From assembly GCA_963805975.1 (NCBI GenBank), contig CAWDVR010000002.1:896001-960000 (forward strand): a DNA stretch of 64,000 bases, given 5' to 3'. The position numbers were made by a program, and so were the translations under genes. Numbering within the stretch: position 1 is the first letter of the stretch; each line of letters starts with the position of its first letter. The notes beneath the pieces are model-generated. The model was not told where the DNA came from, searched no databases, and was given only the letters and a program-made list of their open reading frames with translations. Positions 19,779 to 30,314 of this stretch are shown piece by piece. Origin of the DNA: an uncultured Acidobacteriota bacterium. Lineage in GTDB: Bacteria > Acidobacteriota > Thermoanaerobaculia > Multivoradales > SZUA-115.

Positions 19779-20600
19779 ATGTACCCACGCCAGCCCGCCC
19801 GTTGGCCGCCCGAGGGCGGCGGTTTCGCCGGAGGGCCCCCGGCGCCGCGGCCCCTGCTCTATCTCCTGGGCTTCATCTTCGTCACCTTCACCCTCCAGTT
19901 CTTCGCCACCACCAAACCCTGGCTCGCCCTGCTGCGGCTCACGCCCGCCGTCTGGGAGGCGGGGTTCGTCTGGCAGCTCCTCACCTACGGCTTCGTCGGC
20001 TTCGGCCAGCCGGATTTCTGGATCCTCCTGCAGCTCCTGATGCTCTTCTTCTTCGGCCGCGACGTGTACGGGGAGCTGGGGCGGATCCGCTTCTGGAAGC
20101 TCCTCGCCTACGGCGCGCTCACCGCCTCGGTGGTCGCGGTGCTGGTGGAGCTCCTCGCCGGCTCGGCGGGCTGGTTCCCCGAGCGCCTCCCCTTCATGCT
20201 GATCCAGGGCCAGCAGATCCTGCTGGTGATCCTGGTGGCCGCCTTTGCCGTGCTGCGACGAAACGCCGTCATCCTGCTGATGTTCGTGCTGCCGGTGAAG
20301 GCGCGCTGGTTCCTGCCGCTCGAGATCCTGCTCGGCTTCCTGGGCTTCCTGTGGTCCAAGGATCTGGCCGGCTTCCTGGGTCTCTCTGCCGCGGTGGGCA
20401 TCACCTGGTGGCTGCTCCAGCCCACCAGCCTGCGGCGCCTGCTGCGCGAGGCGCGCCTGCGCCTGGAGCAGCGCTGGCTCAAGCTCCGCATGGCGGGCCT
20501 CCGGCGCCGCCGCGGTTTCAAGAGCCTCGACGGCGGCAAGGCTGGCAGCGGTACGGACCGAGGCAACGGCAAGCTGCACAAGGGGCCGTGGGTGAACTGA
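19779..20600 (+). CDS. Rhomboid-like membrane protein, probably catalytically inactive
   Basis: VWQLLTYGF, FFGRDV..G..RFW, LMFVLPVKARW; no GxSG or catalytic His; basic C-terminal tail ending PWVN. Confidence 0.7.
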   Translation: MYPRQPARWPPEGGGFAGGPPAPRPLLYLLGFIFVTFTLQFFATTKPWLALLRLTPAVWEAGFVWQLLTYGFVGFGQPDFWILLQLLMLFFFGRDVYGELGRIRFWKLLAYGALTASVVAVLVELLAGSAGWFPERLPFMLIQGQQILLVILVAAFAVLRRNAVILLMFVLPVKARWFLPLEILLGFLGFLWSKDLAGFLGLSAAVGITWWLLQPTSLRRLLREARLRLEQRWLKLRMAGLRRRRGFKSLDGGKAGSGTDRGNGKLHKGPWVN

Positions 20601-20674
20601 AGGCTCGGGAACACCGGCTGGCGCCGGCGCGTAGACTGCGCGGGTCCCTGCCCTTCCAATCGACGGAGCCCTGC

Positions 20675-21576
<902 letters not shown>

Positions 21577-21580
<4 letters not shown>

Positions 21581-23229
21581 AGCAGAAGGCCCTCCTGGTG
21601 GCGCGGCGCGAGTACTTCGAGAACCTGCGTACCAAGACGTTCTGGATCGGCATCCTGGTGGTGCCGATCCTCCTGGTGATGGCGACCGCGGTGCCGATCT
21701 GGCTCGAGATGGCGAAAGAGGCCCGCTCCTACGCCGTCATCGACCGCTCCGGCTGGCTGCTCGAGGCGGTGGAGCGCCGCGCCGCCGAGGAAGATCTCGA
21801 GAGCGTGCTCGAAACCGCTCTCGAGCGCGAGCGGCTGGGCCGGCTCGCCACCAGCGGCCTGCCCCAGCCGGTGCGTGACGCGGCCGCCGCCCTGGCCGGC
21901 GCCATGCCTGCCCAGCCGCTCGAAGACGCGGTCGCCGGGACCCGGAAGGGGGCGCGCGACCGCGAGGAGAAGGTGCTCCGGTCGATGGCCAGGACCTCGC
22001 TCGCCGGCGGGGAGATCGCGGGCGAGGGCCTCGCCGACCTCCTGCCGGCCGCGGACGCCGAGCGGCTCGCCACCCTGGCGCCCGCGCTCGGCGCCTGGTG
22101 GAAGGGCGTATCGCCCGCCGAGGCGGGCAAGGTCTCTCCCAACCTCGCCAAGACCCGCTTCCTGCGCGTCGAGGTGCCGGGGGAAACGCCCGAGGCGCTC
22201 GAGGACCTCAACCGCCGGGTGGGAGCCGACGAGCTCTTCGGCTATTTCGTCCTCGCCCCCGACCCGCAGGCCGGCACCGAGCCCGGCCGCTACGTGTCCC
22301 GCAACCTGACCGACCGCGAGCTCTACGAGTGGTTCACCAACCTCGCCAACGGTGCGGTGCGCGAGCGGCGGCTGGCGGCCCGCGAGATCGATCCCGCCGT
22401 CGCCCGCTGGGTCCAGGAGCCGCTGCCGTTCGAGGCTCGGAAAGTGGCGGCCGGAGGCGAGGAGGCCGAGGTGAAGGCGCAGGACTTCGTGCGCCAGTGG
22501 GCGCCGGTGGCCTTCGTCTACCTGCTGTGGATCGCCGTCATGTCGATCGTCCAGATGCTCCTCAACAACACCATCGAGGAGAAGTCCAACCGCATCCTGG
22601 AGGTGCTGCTGTCGTCGGTGTCGCCGCTCCAGCTCATGGTGGGCAAAGTGCTGGGCATCGCCGCCACCGGCCTGACCATGATCGGCACCTGGCTGCTCTT
22701 CCTGGTGGGGGCGGTCTCGGTGGTGATGGCCTTCGTCGGCGACCGCGTGGACCTGGGCCTCGCGAGCGTCGCCACCGATCCCCTGCTGCTGGTCTCCTTC
22801 GTCGTCTACTTCGTGCTCGGCTACCTGCTCTACGCCGCCGTCATCGTCGGCGTCGGCTCGGTCTGCAACACGCTCAAAGAAGCCCAGAACCTGATGATGC
22901 CGATCATGATGGCGATGATGGTGCCGCTCTTCTCCATGATCCCGATCGGCAAGGACCCCAACAGCACCTTCGCTCGCGTGATGTCCTTCATCCCGCCGTT
23001 CACGCCGTTCGTGATGATGAACCGCGCCGCCGCGCCGCCGAGCGCTTTCGAGTACCTGGTGACCACGGTGATCCTGGTGCTCTCGGTCGCCGCGGCCTTC
23101 TGGGCGTCGGCCAAGATCTTCCGCATCGGCATCCTGATGACCGGCAAGCCGCCGCGCCTCTCCGAGATCCTGCGCTGGCTCAAGGCGCCGGTGGGGCAGG
23201 TGCCGGACCGGCAGCGGGCGGAGCACTGA
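21577..23229 (+). CDS. ABC-2 type transporter permease (NatB/YhaP-like) with a large extracytoplasmic domain
   Basis: ATGA overlap with the ATPase; ARREY..LRTKTFW, EEKSNRILEVLLSSV, GKVLG, SFIPPFTPFVM. Confidence 0.9.
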
Positions 23230-23250
23230 AGGGCGGTACGATCCCGCGTC

Positions 23251-24054
23251 ATGGACAGTCATCTCGCAGGCAAGCGGTTCCTCTTGACCGGCGCCACCGG
23301 CGGCATCGGCCAGGTCACGGCCAGGGCCTTCGCTGGCGAGGGCGCGCTCCTCGCCCTCCACTGCCACCGCAGTCTCGACAGCGGGCGGGAGCTCGCCGCC
23401 TCGCTCCCGGCGCCCGCCGTCGCTCTCCAGGCCGATCTGCGGGACGAGGCGCAGGTGGAGGGGATGTTCGCCGCCATCGCGCGCGACCTGGGCCCGCTCG
23501 ACGGCATCGTGGTCAACGCCGGCGTGTGGGTGGACACACCCGTTCCCCTCCACGCCATGAGCCTCGAGCAGTGGAACGAGACCCTCGCCCTCGATCTGAC
23601 GACCGCGTTCCTCACCTGCCGCGGCTACTTCCGCGAGCTGGCCGAGGCCCGCGACCGGGGAGCGCCACGCCGGGAGGCGTCGGTGGTGCTGGTGGGCTCG
23701 ACCGCCGCGCTCTTCGGCGAGGAGAACCACGCCGACTATTCCTCAGCCAAGGCGGCGATGAGCTACGGCCTGACGCGCACGCTCAAGAACGAGATCGTGC
23801 GCCTGGCGCCGCGCGGCCGGGTCAACTGCGTGTGCCCCGGCTGGGTGATGACGGCGATGTCGGCCGCGGTGCTCGAGAACAACGCGGCCGTCGCCCGCGC
23901 CACCTCGACCATGGCGCTGCGCAAGGTGGCGACCCCGGAGGACGTGGCCGCCGCGATCGTCTTCCTCTCCTCCGACGCCCTGGCCGGTCACCTCTCCGGC
24001 ACCATCCTGCCGCTCGCGGGCGGGATGGAGGGACGGCTGCTGCACGGGGAGTAG
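23251..24054 (+). CDS. Short-chain dehydrogenase/reductase
   Basis: TGATGGIG, VNAG, YSSAK, VNCVCPGW. Confidence 0.93.
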   Translation: MDSHLAGKRFLLTGATGGIGQVTARAFAGEGALLALHCHRSLDSGRELAASLPAPAVALQADLRDEAQVEGMFAAIARDLGPLDGIVVNAGVWVDTPVPLHAMSLEQWNETLALDLTTAFLTCRGYFRELAEARDRGAPRREASVVLVGSTAALFGEENHADYSSAKAAMSYGLTRTLKNEIVRLAPRGRVNCVCPGWVMTAMSAAVLENNAAVARATSTMALRKVATPEDVAAAIVFLSSDALAGHLSGTILPLAGGMEGRLLHGE

Positions 24055-24060
24055 GAGTCG

Positions 24061-24192
24061 CCCCTCACCCCTGCCCCTCTCCCCGCAAGCGGGGCGAGGG
24101 GTTCTGAGCTGCAAGACCGGTAGGACCCTTACCCTTCGCTCCCTTCCGGCCCCCTCGCCCCGCGAGAGCGGGGAGAGGGCTGGGGTGAGGGG
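24061..24192. repeat. Inverted doublet of the CCCCTCACCC palindromic repeat (copies 2 and 3) between convergent genes
   Basis: 24061-24101 forward and 24151-24192 reverse; match the copy at 12760-12799. Confidence 0.85.
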
Positions 24193-24200
24193 CGCTCTGC

Positions 24201-25046
24201 CTATTCCTCCATCCGGCACTCGGAGAGGTGGCGCGCCAGGAGCACGCCGTAGGCCACCCGCTGGCCGTCCTCGAAACCGTCGCGGTACCTGGAGCTCTTC
24301 TCCCCGGACGGGTAGCGGCTGGCCGACGAGAAGGTCGAGCGCAGCCAGCCATCGCAATCGCTCGCCGAGTACCACTTCATCGCTTCGGCGCCGGCACCGA
24401 AGCCCTCGGCGTACTCTTCATCACTCGAGGCGTCGCGCAGCGCGTACTCGGCCTCGCCCAGCACCTCCTCCAGCCGCCGGTCGATCGCCGCGTTGACCTG
24501 CTCCGCTTTCCAGACCCGGTGCTCGGCGACGGTCTGCTCGTACCCTTCGGGGAAGCGCTCCTGCCGCCGCCGGTTCCAGCCCGGGGCCGCCTGCGCCTGA
24601 TCGCGGCTGGGGAAGCGGTCGAGCAGGCCGGCGAGCACCGGGTCGAGGGCCGCCGCGTCCTTGGCCTTGGCAGCCTCACGGGGCAGCTCGATCAAGAGCT
24701 CCACCTTGCAGGAGAGCTCCTCGAACAGCCGGTAGGGCCCGTCCGTGAACGGCCGCAGCAGGCCCTCGTCGACGTCGAGCAGGATCTCGATTCGCGAGCG
24801 CTTGAGATCCACCTTGTGGACCCGCGCCAGCTCCCCGGCGTCGAGACGGACGGTGCCCTTGCCGGAGACCGCCCGGCCTGCGACCTGGTTGTTCGTGTAG
24901 GAGCCGTCGCAGTTCGAGCTGACCGGCGCCTTCACCACCACCCAGGCCTCCCGCCAGCGCGCGGCGAGCTGGTCCTCGAGATCGGACGCCGCGGCCGGCG
25001 CCGTTGGCGCCAGGGCTGCCAGCAGGATGACGGTCCACCACCTCAT
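24201..25046 (-). CDS. Hypothetical secreted protein
   Basis: GAGGAG RBS, MRWWTVILLAALAPTAPAAA signal, several Cys, C-terminal YxxGF motifs. Confidence 0.75.
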   Translation of the reverse strand: MRWWTVILLAALAPTAPAAASDLEDQLAARWREAWVVVKAPVSSNCDGSYTNNQVAGRAVSGKGTVRLDAGELARVHKVDLKRSRIEILLDVDEGLLRPFTDGPYRLFEELSCKVELLIELPREAAKAKDAAALDPVLAGLLDRFPSRDQAQAAPGWNRRRQERFPEGYEQTVAEHRVWKAEQVNAAIDRRLEEVLGEAEYALRDASSDEEYAEGFGAGAEAMKWYSASDCDGWLRSTFSSASRYPSGEKSSRYRDGFEDGQRVAYGVLLARHLSECRMEE

Positions 25047-25127
25047 GGGCTTCTCCTCTCGAAACCACGGAAAGCGATGCGAAACGGCTGCTATATTCTG
25101 CGCTCTTTTCCGCTCCCGGAGGCCAGC

Positions 25128-27269
25128 ATGCGACTCGTCCGCCACGCGCTCCTCGTGCTCGCCCTCCCGTGGCTCGTCACCTGCGGCGCTCCCGGCGCCG
25201 GCCGGCCGAGCGCTCCCGCCGTGACTGGAACGACTAGCGCGACCGAGATCCTCTGGGACGAGTGGGGCGTGCCGCACATCTTCGCGCGGGGCGACGAGGA
25301 GCTGTTCTACGCCCAGGGCTGGGCGCAGGCCCAGGCGCACGGCGACCTGCTGCTCGAGCTCTACGGCCGCGCCCGCGCCCGGGGCGCCGAGTACTGGGGC
25401 GAGCGCTGGCTGCCGGCGGACCGCTGGCTGGCGACGAACGGCGTGCCGGAGCGCGCCGCCTCCTGGTACGCGGCGCAGGCGCCCGACGAGCGCGCCCTGC
25501 TCGACGCCTTCGTCCACGGGGTCAACGACTTCGCGCGCGCACACCCCGAGGCGATCGCCGACCAGGTGGAGCCGGTGCTGCCGGTGAGCGGCGCGGACGT
25601 GCTTGCCCACGTGCAGCAGGCGATCCACTTCACCTTCGTCGTCGACCGCGAGAGCGTCGAGGGCACGGCGGAGCGGCTCTCGGCCGGGTCCAACGCCTGG
25701 GCCGTGGGGCCGTCGCGCTCGGCCTCGGGCAAGGCCATGCTGGTCGCCAACCCGCACCTGCCGTGGACCGACCTCTTCACCTGGTTCGAGTCGCACCTCG
25801 TGTCTCCCTCGGTCAACGCCTACGGCGTCTCGCTCGTCGGCACGCCGTTTCTCGGCATCGCCTTCAACGATCACCTGGCCTGGACCCACACTGTCAACAC
25901 CCAGGACGGCGCCGATCTCTACCAGCTCACCCTCGAGGGCGACGGCTACCGCTTCGACGGCGAGGTGAGGCCTTTCGAGCGCCAGACGCGGACGCTGAAG
26001 GTCCGCCAGCCGGACGGTTCCTCGAAAGAGGAGGCGCTCGAGATCCGCCGCTCGGTGCATGGGCCGGTGGTCGCGGCGCAGGGAGACCAGGCGCTCGCCC
26101 TGCGCGTGGTGGGCCTCGAGGACGCGCACCTCACCGGGCAGTACTGGAAGATGGCGACGGCCAGGGACCTCGCCGGCTTCGAGGGCGCTCTCGACGATCT
26201 CCAGATGCCGATGTTCACCGTGATGTATGCCGACGACGCCGGCCACGTGCTCCACCTGTTCGGCGGGCGCACGCCGGTGCGCCCGGCCGGCGACTGGGAC
26301 TGGTCGGGCGTGGTGCCGGGCGACACCTCGAAGGCCCTGTGGACCGCGACCCATCCCTATGGCGAGCTGCCGCGGGTCCTCGACCCGCCGAGCGGCTGGC
26401 TGCAGAACGCCAACGACCCGCCCTGGACCACCACCTTCCCGGCAGCGCTCGACCCCGGCGCCTTCCCGCGCTACATGGCACCCCGCTTCATGCACTTCCG
26501 AGCCCAGCGCTCGGCCCGCATGCTGCAGCAGGACGAGTCGATCACCTTCGACGAGCTCGTGGCCTACAAGCACTCGACCCGGATGGAGCTCGCCGAGCGC
26601 ATCCTCGACGACCTGGGGCGCGCCGTGGAGGCGCACGGCGACGAGACGGCGAAGCGCGCCCTGGCCGTGCTCGCGGCCTGGGACCGCAGTGCCGACGCCG
26701 GGAGCCGTGGCGCGGTGCTCTTCGAGCGCTTCTGGCGCGGTCTCGCGCACGGCGGCAAGCGGCCGTTCTCGACCCCCTGGAACGAGGGCGAGCCGCTCAC
26801 CACCCCGGACGGCCTTGCCGACCCTGCCGCCGCGGCAGCCGCCCTCTCGGCGGCCGCGGCCGGTGTCGAGGCGGATCACGGCGCGCTCGACGTGGCCTGG
26901 GGGGAGGTCTACCGCCTGCGCCAGGGCTCGCACGACCTGCCGGCCAACGGCGGGCCGGGCGGCCTGGGCATCTTCCGGGTCACCGACTTCGAAGAGGCCG
27001 ACGACCACCGACAGGTCGCCGGGGGCGGCGACTCCTACATTGCCGTGGTCGAGCTGGCCCAGCCAGTGCGCGCCCGCGTGCTCCTCTCCTACGGCAACTG
27101 GAGCCAGCCCGGCTCCCGCCACCGCGGCGACCAGCTCGAGCTCTACTCGAAAAAAGAGCTCCGGCCCGCCTGGCTCACGCGGACCGAGATCGAGGCGCAC
27201 CTGGAGCGGCGGGAGGTGGTGAGCGATGGTTCGAGCAGTAGCTCCGGCGCCCCGCCCGGGACTCCGTGA
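25128..27269 (+). CDS. Penicillin/cephalosporin acylase family Ntn-hydrolase (S45), probable lipoprotein
   Basis: WDEWGVPHI, GSNAWAVG (nucleophile Ser), ANPHLPW, WTHTVN, SVHGPV, QNANDPPW, LSYGNWSQPGS.H..DQ; LVTC lipobox. Confidence 0.93.
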   Translation: MRLVRHALLVLALPWLVTCGAPGAGRPSAPAVTGTTSATEILWDEWGVPHIFARGDEELFYAQGWAQAQAHGDLLLELYGRARARGAEYWGERWLPADRWLATNGVPERAASWYAAQAPDERALLDAFVHGVNDFARAHPEAIADQVEPVLPVSGADVLAHVQQAIHFTFVVDRESVEGTAERLSAGSNAWAVGPSRSASGKAMLVANPHLPWTDLFTWFESHLVSPSVNAYGVSLVGTPFLGIAFNDHLAWTHTVNTQDGADLYQLTLEGDGYRFDGEVRPFERQTRTLKVRQPDGSSKEEALEIRRSVHGPVVAAQGDQALALRVVGLEDAHLTGQYWKMATARDLAGFEGALDDLQMPMFTVMYADDAGHVLHLFGGRTPVRPAGDWDWSGVVPGDTSKALWTATHPYGELPRVLDPPSGWLQNANDPPWTTTFPAALDPGAFPRYMAPRFMHFRAQRSARMLQQDESITFDELVAYKHSTRMELAERILDDLGRAVEAHGDETAKRALAVLAAWDRSADAGSRGAVLFERFWRGLAHGGKRPFSTPWNEGEPLTTPDGLADPAAAAAALSAAAAGVEADHGALDVAWGEVYRLRQGSHDLPANGGPGGLGIFRVTDFEEADDHRQVAGGGDSYIAVVELAQPVRARVLLSYGNWSQPGSRHRGDQLELYSKKELRPAWLTRTEIEAHLERREVVSDGSSSSSGAPPGTP

Positions 27270-27338
27270 AAAGACAGGGCTGCGTCCGTCTCAGGAGGCC
27301 TAGCAACCCCGAGGTTGCAGACCGACCAGGAGACCACC

Positions 27339-27704
27339 ATGCCCAAGAACCCTCCCCGTAACACCGAGCTCTACGAACAGGTACCCGACGGCTCGAAGCT
27401 CGAGGTCCGCGTCGGCCCCGCGGGCGCCTCCTTCACCTCCGACGCGAAGTTCTTCACCAGCGGCGAGCTGGCCCAGGAGTGGACGGACGCCAACCTCCGC
27501 CCCGGCCCCAAGAGCCCCAAGCTCGGCGCCGGGAAGGCGTATTTCCTGAGCGTCCGGCTCAAATTCCAAGCCCCGGCGACCGCGACGATCGACGTGCAGA
27601 TCACGCGGGCCGACAACACTACACATTCGACTCCCATCCACTGGGACTTGAAGGGCAAGGCCAACGGGAACGTGGTCCGCGGCCTGTTCATTCAGATGGC
27701 CTAG
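27339..27704 (+). CDS. Hypothetical small protein (121 aa), beta-rich
   Basis: AGGAG RBS, no signal peptide, 15 nt upstream of the next gene. Confidence 0.75.
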   Translation: MPKNPPRNTELYEQVPDGSKLEVRVGPAGASFTSDAKFFTSGELAQEWTDANLRPGPKSPKLGAGKAYFLSVRLKFQAPATATIDVQITRADNTTHSTPIHWDLKGKANGNVVRGLFIQMA

Positions 27705-27719
27705 GAACGGGAGACAACG

Positions 27720-29117
27720 ATGAAACCAGCACTGACACTGGCCTCGCTCTGCCTTCTGCTCGCCGCTCCCGCCGGTGCCCAAGGTCTGCCTCCGGCAGCC
27801 TGCGGCAATGACGAGCCATTCATCGACTGCTTCAACCGCATCGAGGGTGCCGTTCTCGAGGCTGCGGTTGCCCAGGAAGTGCACGAAGAAACTGCGAAGA
27901 AACTGGCGAGCGAAGGTTCCGCGGCCGGCGAAGGCAGCCTGCGCGACACGCTCGCGTCGTTCTTCGGGGCCCTCGACCTCGGCACCATCAGCCGCGAGGG
28001 GCAGAGCATCACCCTGAACTTCAACCCCAACCGGTTCCGCCTCGGTCCACACAACAAGATCTCCTTCGGCGTGGAGATGCGCGAGCCCGAAGTCTTCTCG
28101 AACCTGATCGACGAGGTGCCCGAGGACGACCGGGCGAACCGCAAGGACGAGCTCGGCAAACAGCTCGAAGACCTGGACGACATGACGGTCTCAGTGGCCT
28201 GGAACCGCGAAGACCAGCGTTTCGGCCGCAACAGCAAGCCGCACAAGAAGCTCCTCAAGGCCGTGGCCGGCTTCGAAGAGAACACCCAGGCGCTCATCGA
28301 TCTCTTGCCTGGCACGGGTATCGAGCTCAGCTCCTCTAGATCCTCGGTACCGGAATCAAGGCGCGCACAAGCTGGCGAGCTGGAGCGCCGGCTGGTCGCC
28401 ATGGCCCTGGCCGTCCAGGAGCGGCTGACGGACGACCCAACCTTCATTTCCAAAGACCTCTCACTGCTCGACGACCTGCTGAACAATCAACCGCAGCTCG
28501 AGGTCTCCGGGTCTCTCCGTGAACGGGCCGACCTGGTCGGCCGGGACGAGATTCTCGGCAAGGTCAGCTACGAGTGGGGCTGGGCGAACCTCAATGCCTA
28601 CCGTAGATCCCTCGATGGGGCGGAGCCCAACCCTGTCAACTTCACGGCGTTCTTGCAGGACAACGACCTCCTGGCCGCGGATGGTGGGCCGGGGCCGATG
28701 CTCAAGTACGGCCTGCGGCTCTCGACCTCGCTCGAGTACGCTCGCCTCCGGCCCTATCACTTCGAGCTGCCCGACGACGGGGTGGTGCTCGACCTCAAGA
28801 ACCACGAGAAATGGACTGGCTCCCTTTCGCTCGGCTCCGCCATCGCGTTCGACGCCGAGGGCAACGCCACCTCGCGCTGGGAGCTCGAGGGCAGCTACGT
28901 GCGAGTGGAAGACGATCCGACACGGCCGGAGACGCGCATCCTGGGCACCCTGAGCGTGATCCAGGAGCTGACCGACGGCAGCAGCGTCTCCCTGGGCCTG
29001 GTCTACGCCAACAAGCCCGAGCTGCTGGAGGCCCAGGACGTCGACCACGAGATCTCCGCCCGCGTGGGGCTCAAGTACTCGCTCGACCGCAAGCCGGGGA
29101 GCACTGGCGGCGGGTAG
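27720..29117 (+). CDS. Hypothetical secreted protein, C-terminal half resembles an outer-membrane beta-barrel
   Basis: Signal peptide; amphipathic strands (GKVSYEWG, LSTSLEY, WELEGSY, VSLGLVY, RVGLKYSL). Confidence 0.7.
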   Translation: MKPALTLASLCLLLAAPAGAQGLPPAACGNDEPFIDCFNRIEGAVLEAAVAQEVHEETAKKLASEGSAAGEGSLRDTLASFFGALDLGTISREGQSITLNFNPNRFRLGPHNKISFGVEMREPEVFSNLIDEVPEDDRANRKDELGKQLEDLDDMTVSVAWNREDQRFGRNSKPHKKLLKAVAGFEENTQALIDLLPGTGIELSSSRSSVPESRRAQAGELERRLVAMALAVQERLTDDPTFISKDLSLLDDLLNNQPQLEVSGSLRERADLVGRDEILGKVSYEWGWANLNAYRRSLDGAEPNPVNFTAFLQDNDLLAADGGPGPMLKYGLRLSTSLEYARLRPYHFELPDDGVVLDLKNHEKWTGSLSLGSAIAFDAEGNATSRWELEGSYVRVEDDPTRPETRILGTLSVIQELTDGSSVSLGLVYANKPELLEAQDVDHEISARVGLKYSLDRKPGSTGGG

Positions 29118-29169
29118 GCGCTGCGACCGCTCTTGGGGGTAGGATCTCTCCGCGGGAGGTCCTATCCCT

Positions 29170-29550
29170 ATGCAGCGCAAGACCCAGCAACGAACCGCCA
29201 TCCGTTCCGTGATCGAGGAGGCCGACCGGCCGCTGTCGCCGCTCGAGATCCTCTCCTCGGCCGAGGACCAGGCTCCGGGGCTGGGCATCGCCACGGTGTA
29301 CCGGAACATCAAGGCCATGGTCCAGGAGGGCTGGCTCCGCATCGTGGAGCTGCCGGGCGCGCCCAGCCGCTACGAGGTCGCCGGCAAGGGCCACCACCAC
29401 CACTTCCACTGCCGGGCCTGCGACCGGGTGTTCGAGGTGGACGACTGCCCCGGCCGGCTGTCCGACCTCGCTCCCAGGGGCTTCCTGGCCGAGGCCCACG
29501 ACATCATCCTCTACGGCCTCTGCGCCGCCTGCTCGACCTACGTGGGGTGA
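29170..29550 (+). CDS. Fur-family transcriptional repressor
   Basis: TQQRTAI, GIATVYRN, HHHHFHCRAC, YGLCAAC. Confidence 0.92.
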   Translation: MQRKTQQRTAIRSVIEEADRPLSPLEILSSAEDQAPGLGIATVYRNIKAMVQEGWLRIVELPGAPSRYEVAGKGHHHHFHCRACDRVFEVDDCPGRLSDLAPRGFLAEAHDIILYGLCAACSTYVG

Positions 29551-29640
29551 GAGCCGGGGGCACGGGCGCCCCGAAACCCGCGTGATACCATCCGCCGCCA
29601 CACGGTTGTCACACGATCCCTACATCTCGCGGGAGGCCCG

Positions 29641-30309
29641 GTGAAGCTCGACGCCGTGATCCGCTGGTTCATGCCCAAGGAAGAGCGCTTCCACGAGCTC
29701 TTCGACCGCAACACGGCCAACCTACTCGCCGGCGCCCGCGTCTTCGCCGCGGTGGCCGCCTCGACCAGCCTCGAGATGCGCCGCGTCAAGGTGGTGGAGC
29801 TCAAGGGCCTGGAGCACGTGGGCGACCAGATCACCAACCAGATCTTCGACGCCCTCAACTCCACCTTCATCACCCCGATGGACCGCGAGGACATCCGCTC
29901 GCTGGCCAACGACCTGGACGACGTGCTGGACTACTTCGAGAGCGTCGCCACCTCGCTGGTCCTCTTCGAGCTCGACGACAGCCCCGAGGCGCTGCGCCAG
30001 TTCGCGGCGATCCTGGAGTCGATGAGCGAGGAGATCGAGGGCGCCACCTCGCTGATCTGGAACCTCGGCAACGCCAAGGCGATCCAGGAGTCGCTGATCC
30101 GCGTCTCGGAGCTCGAGAACCGCGCGGACCAGCTCTACCAGACGGTGATCGCCGAGATCTTCAAGGGCAAGGGCGGCTTCGGGCCCAAGGGCGGCGACCC
30201 GCTCGAGATCCTCAAGTGGAAAGAGGTCTACGACGGGCTCGAGAACGCCTGCGACGCCTGCAAGGACACCACGCACGTGCTCGGCAACATCCTGGTCAAG
30301 GGCGTCTAG
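29641..30309 (+). CDS. DUF47 / Pit accessory (PhoU-like) protein
   Basis: LEHVGD, TFITPMDREDI, LDDVLD, ELENRAD, KWKEVY..LE.A.D.C. Confidence 0.92.
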   Translation: MKLDAVIRWFMPKEERFHELFDRNTANLLAGARVFAAVAASTSLEMRRVKVVELKGLEHVGDQITNQIFDALNSTFITPMDREDIRSLANDLDDVLDYFESVATSLVLFELDDSPEALRQFAAILESMSEEIEGATSLIWNLGNAKAIQESLIRVSELENRADQLYQTVIAEIFKGKGGFGPKGGDPLEILKWKEVYDGLENACDACKDTTHVLGNILVKGV

Positions 30310-30314
30310 CCGCC

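Noticed and set aside
24201-27269. Overlapping 999-aa and 1013-aa ORFs on opposite strands
   Set aside because: Same shadow-ORF effect; the real genes start at 25046 (-) and 25128 (+), both with signal peptides.
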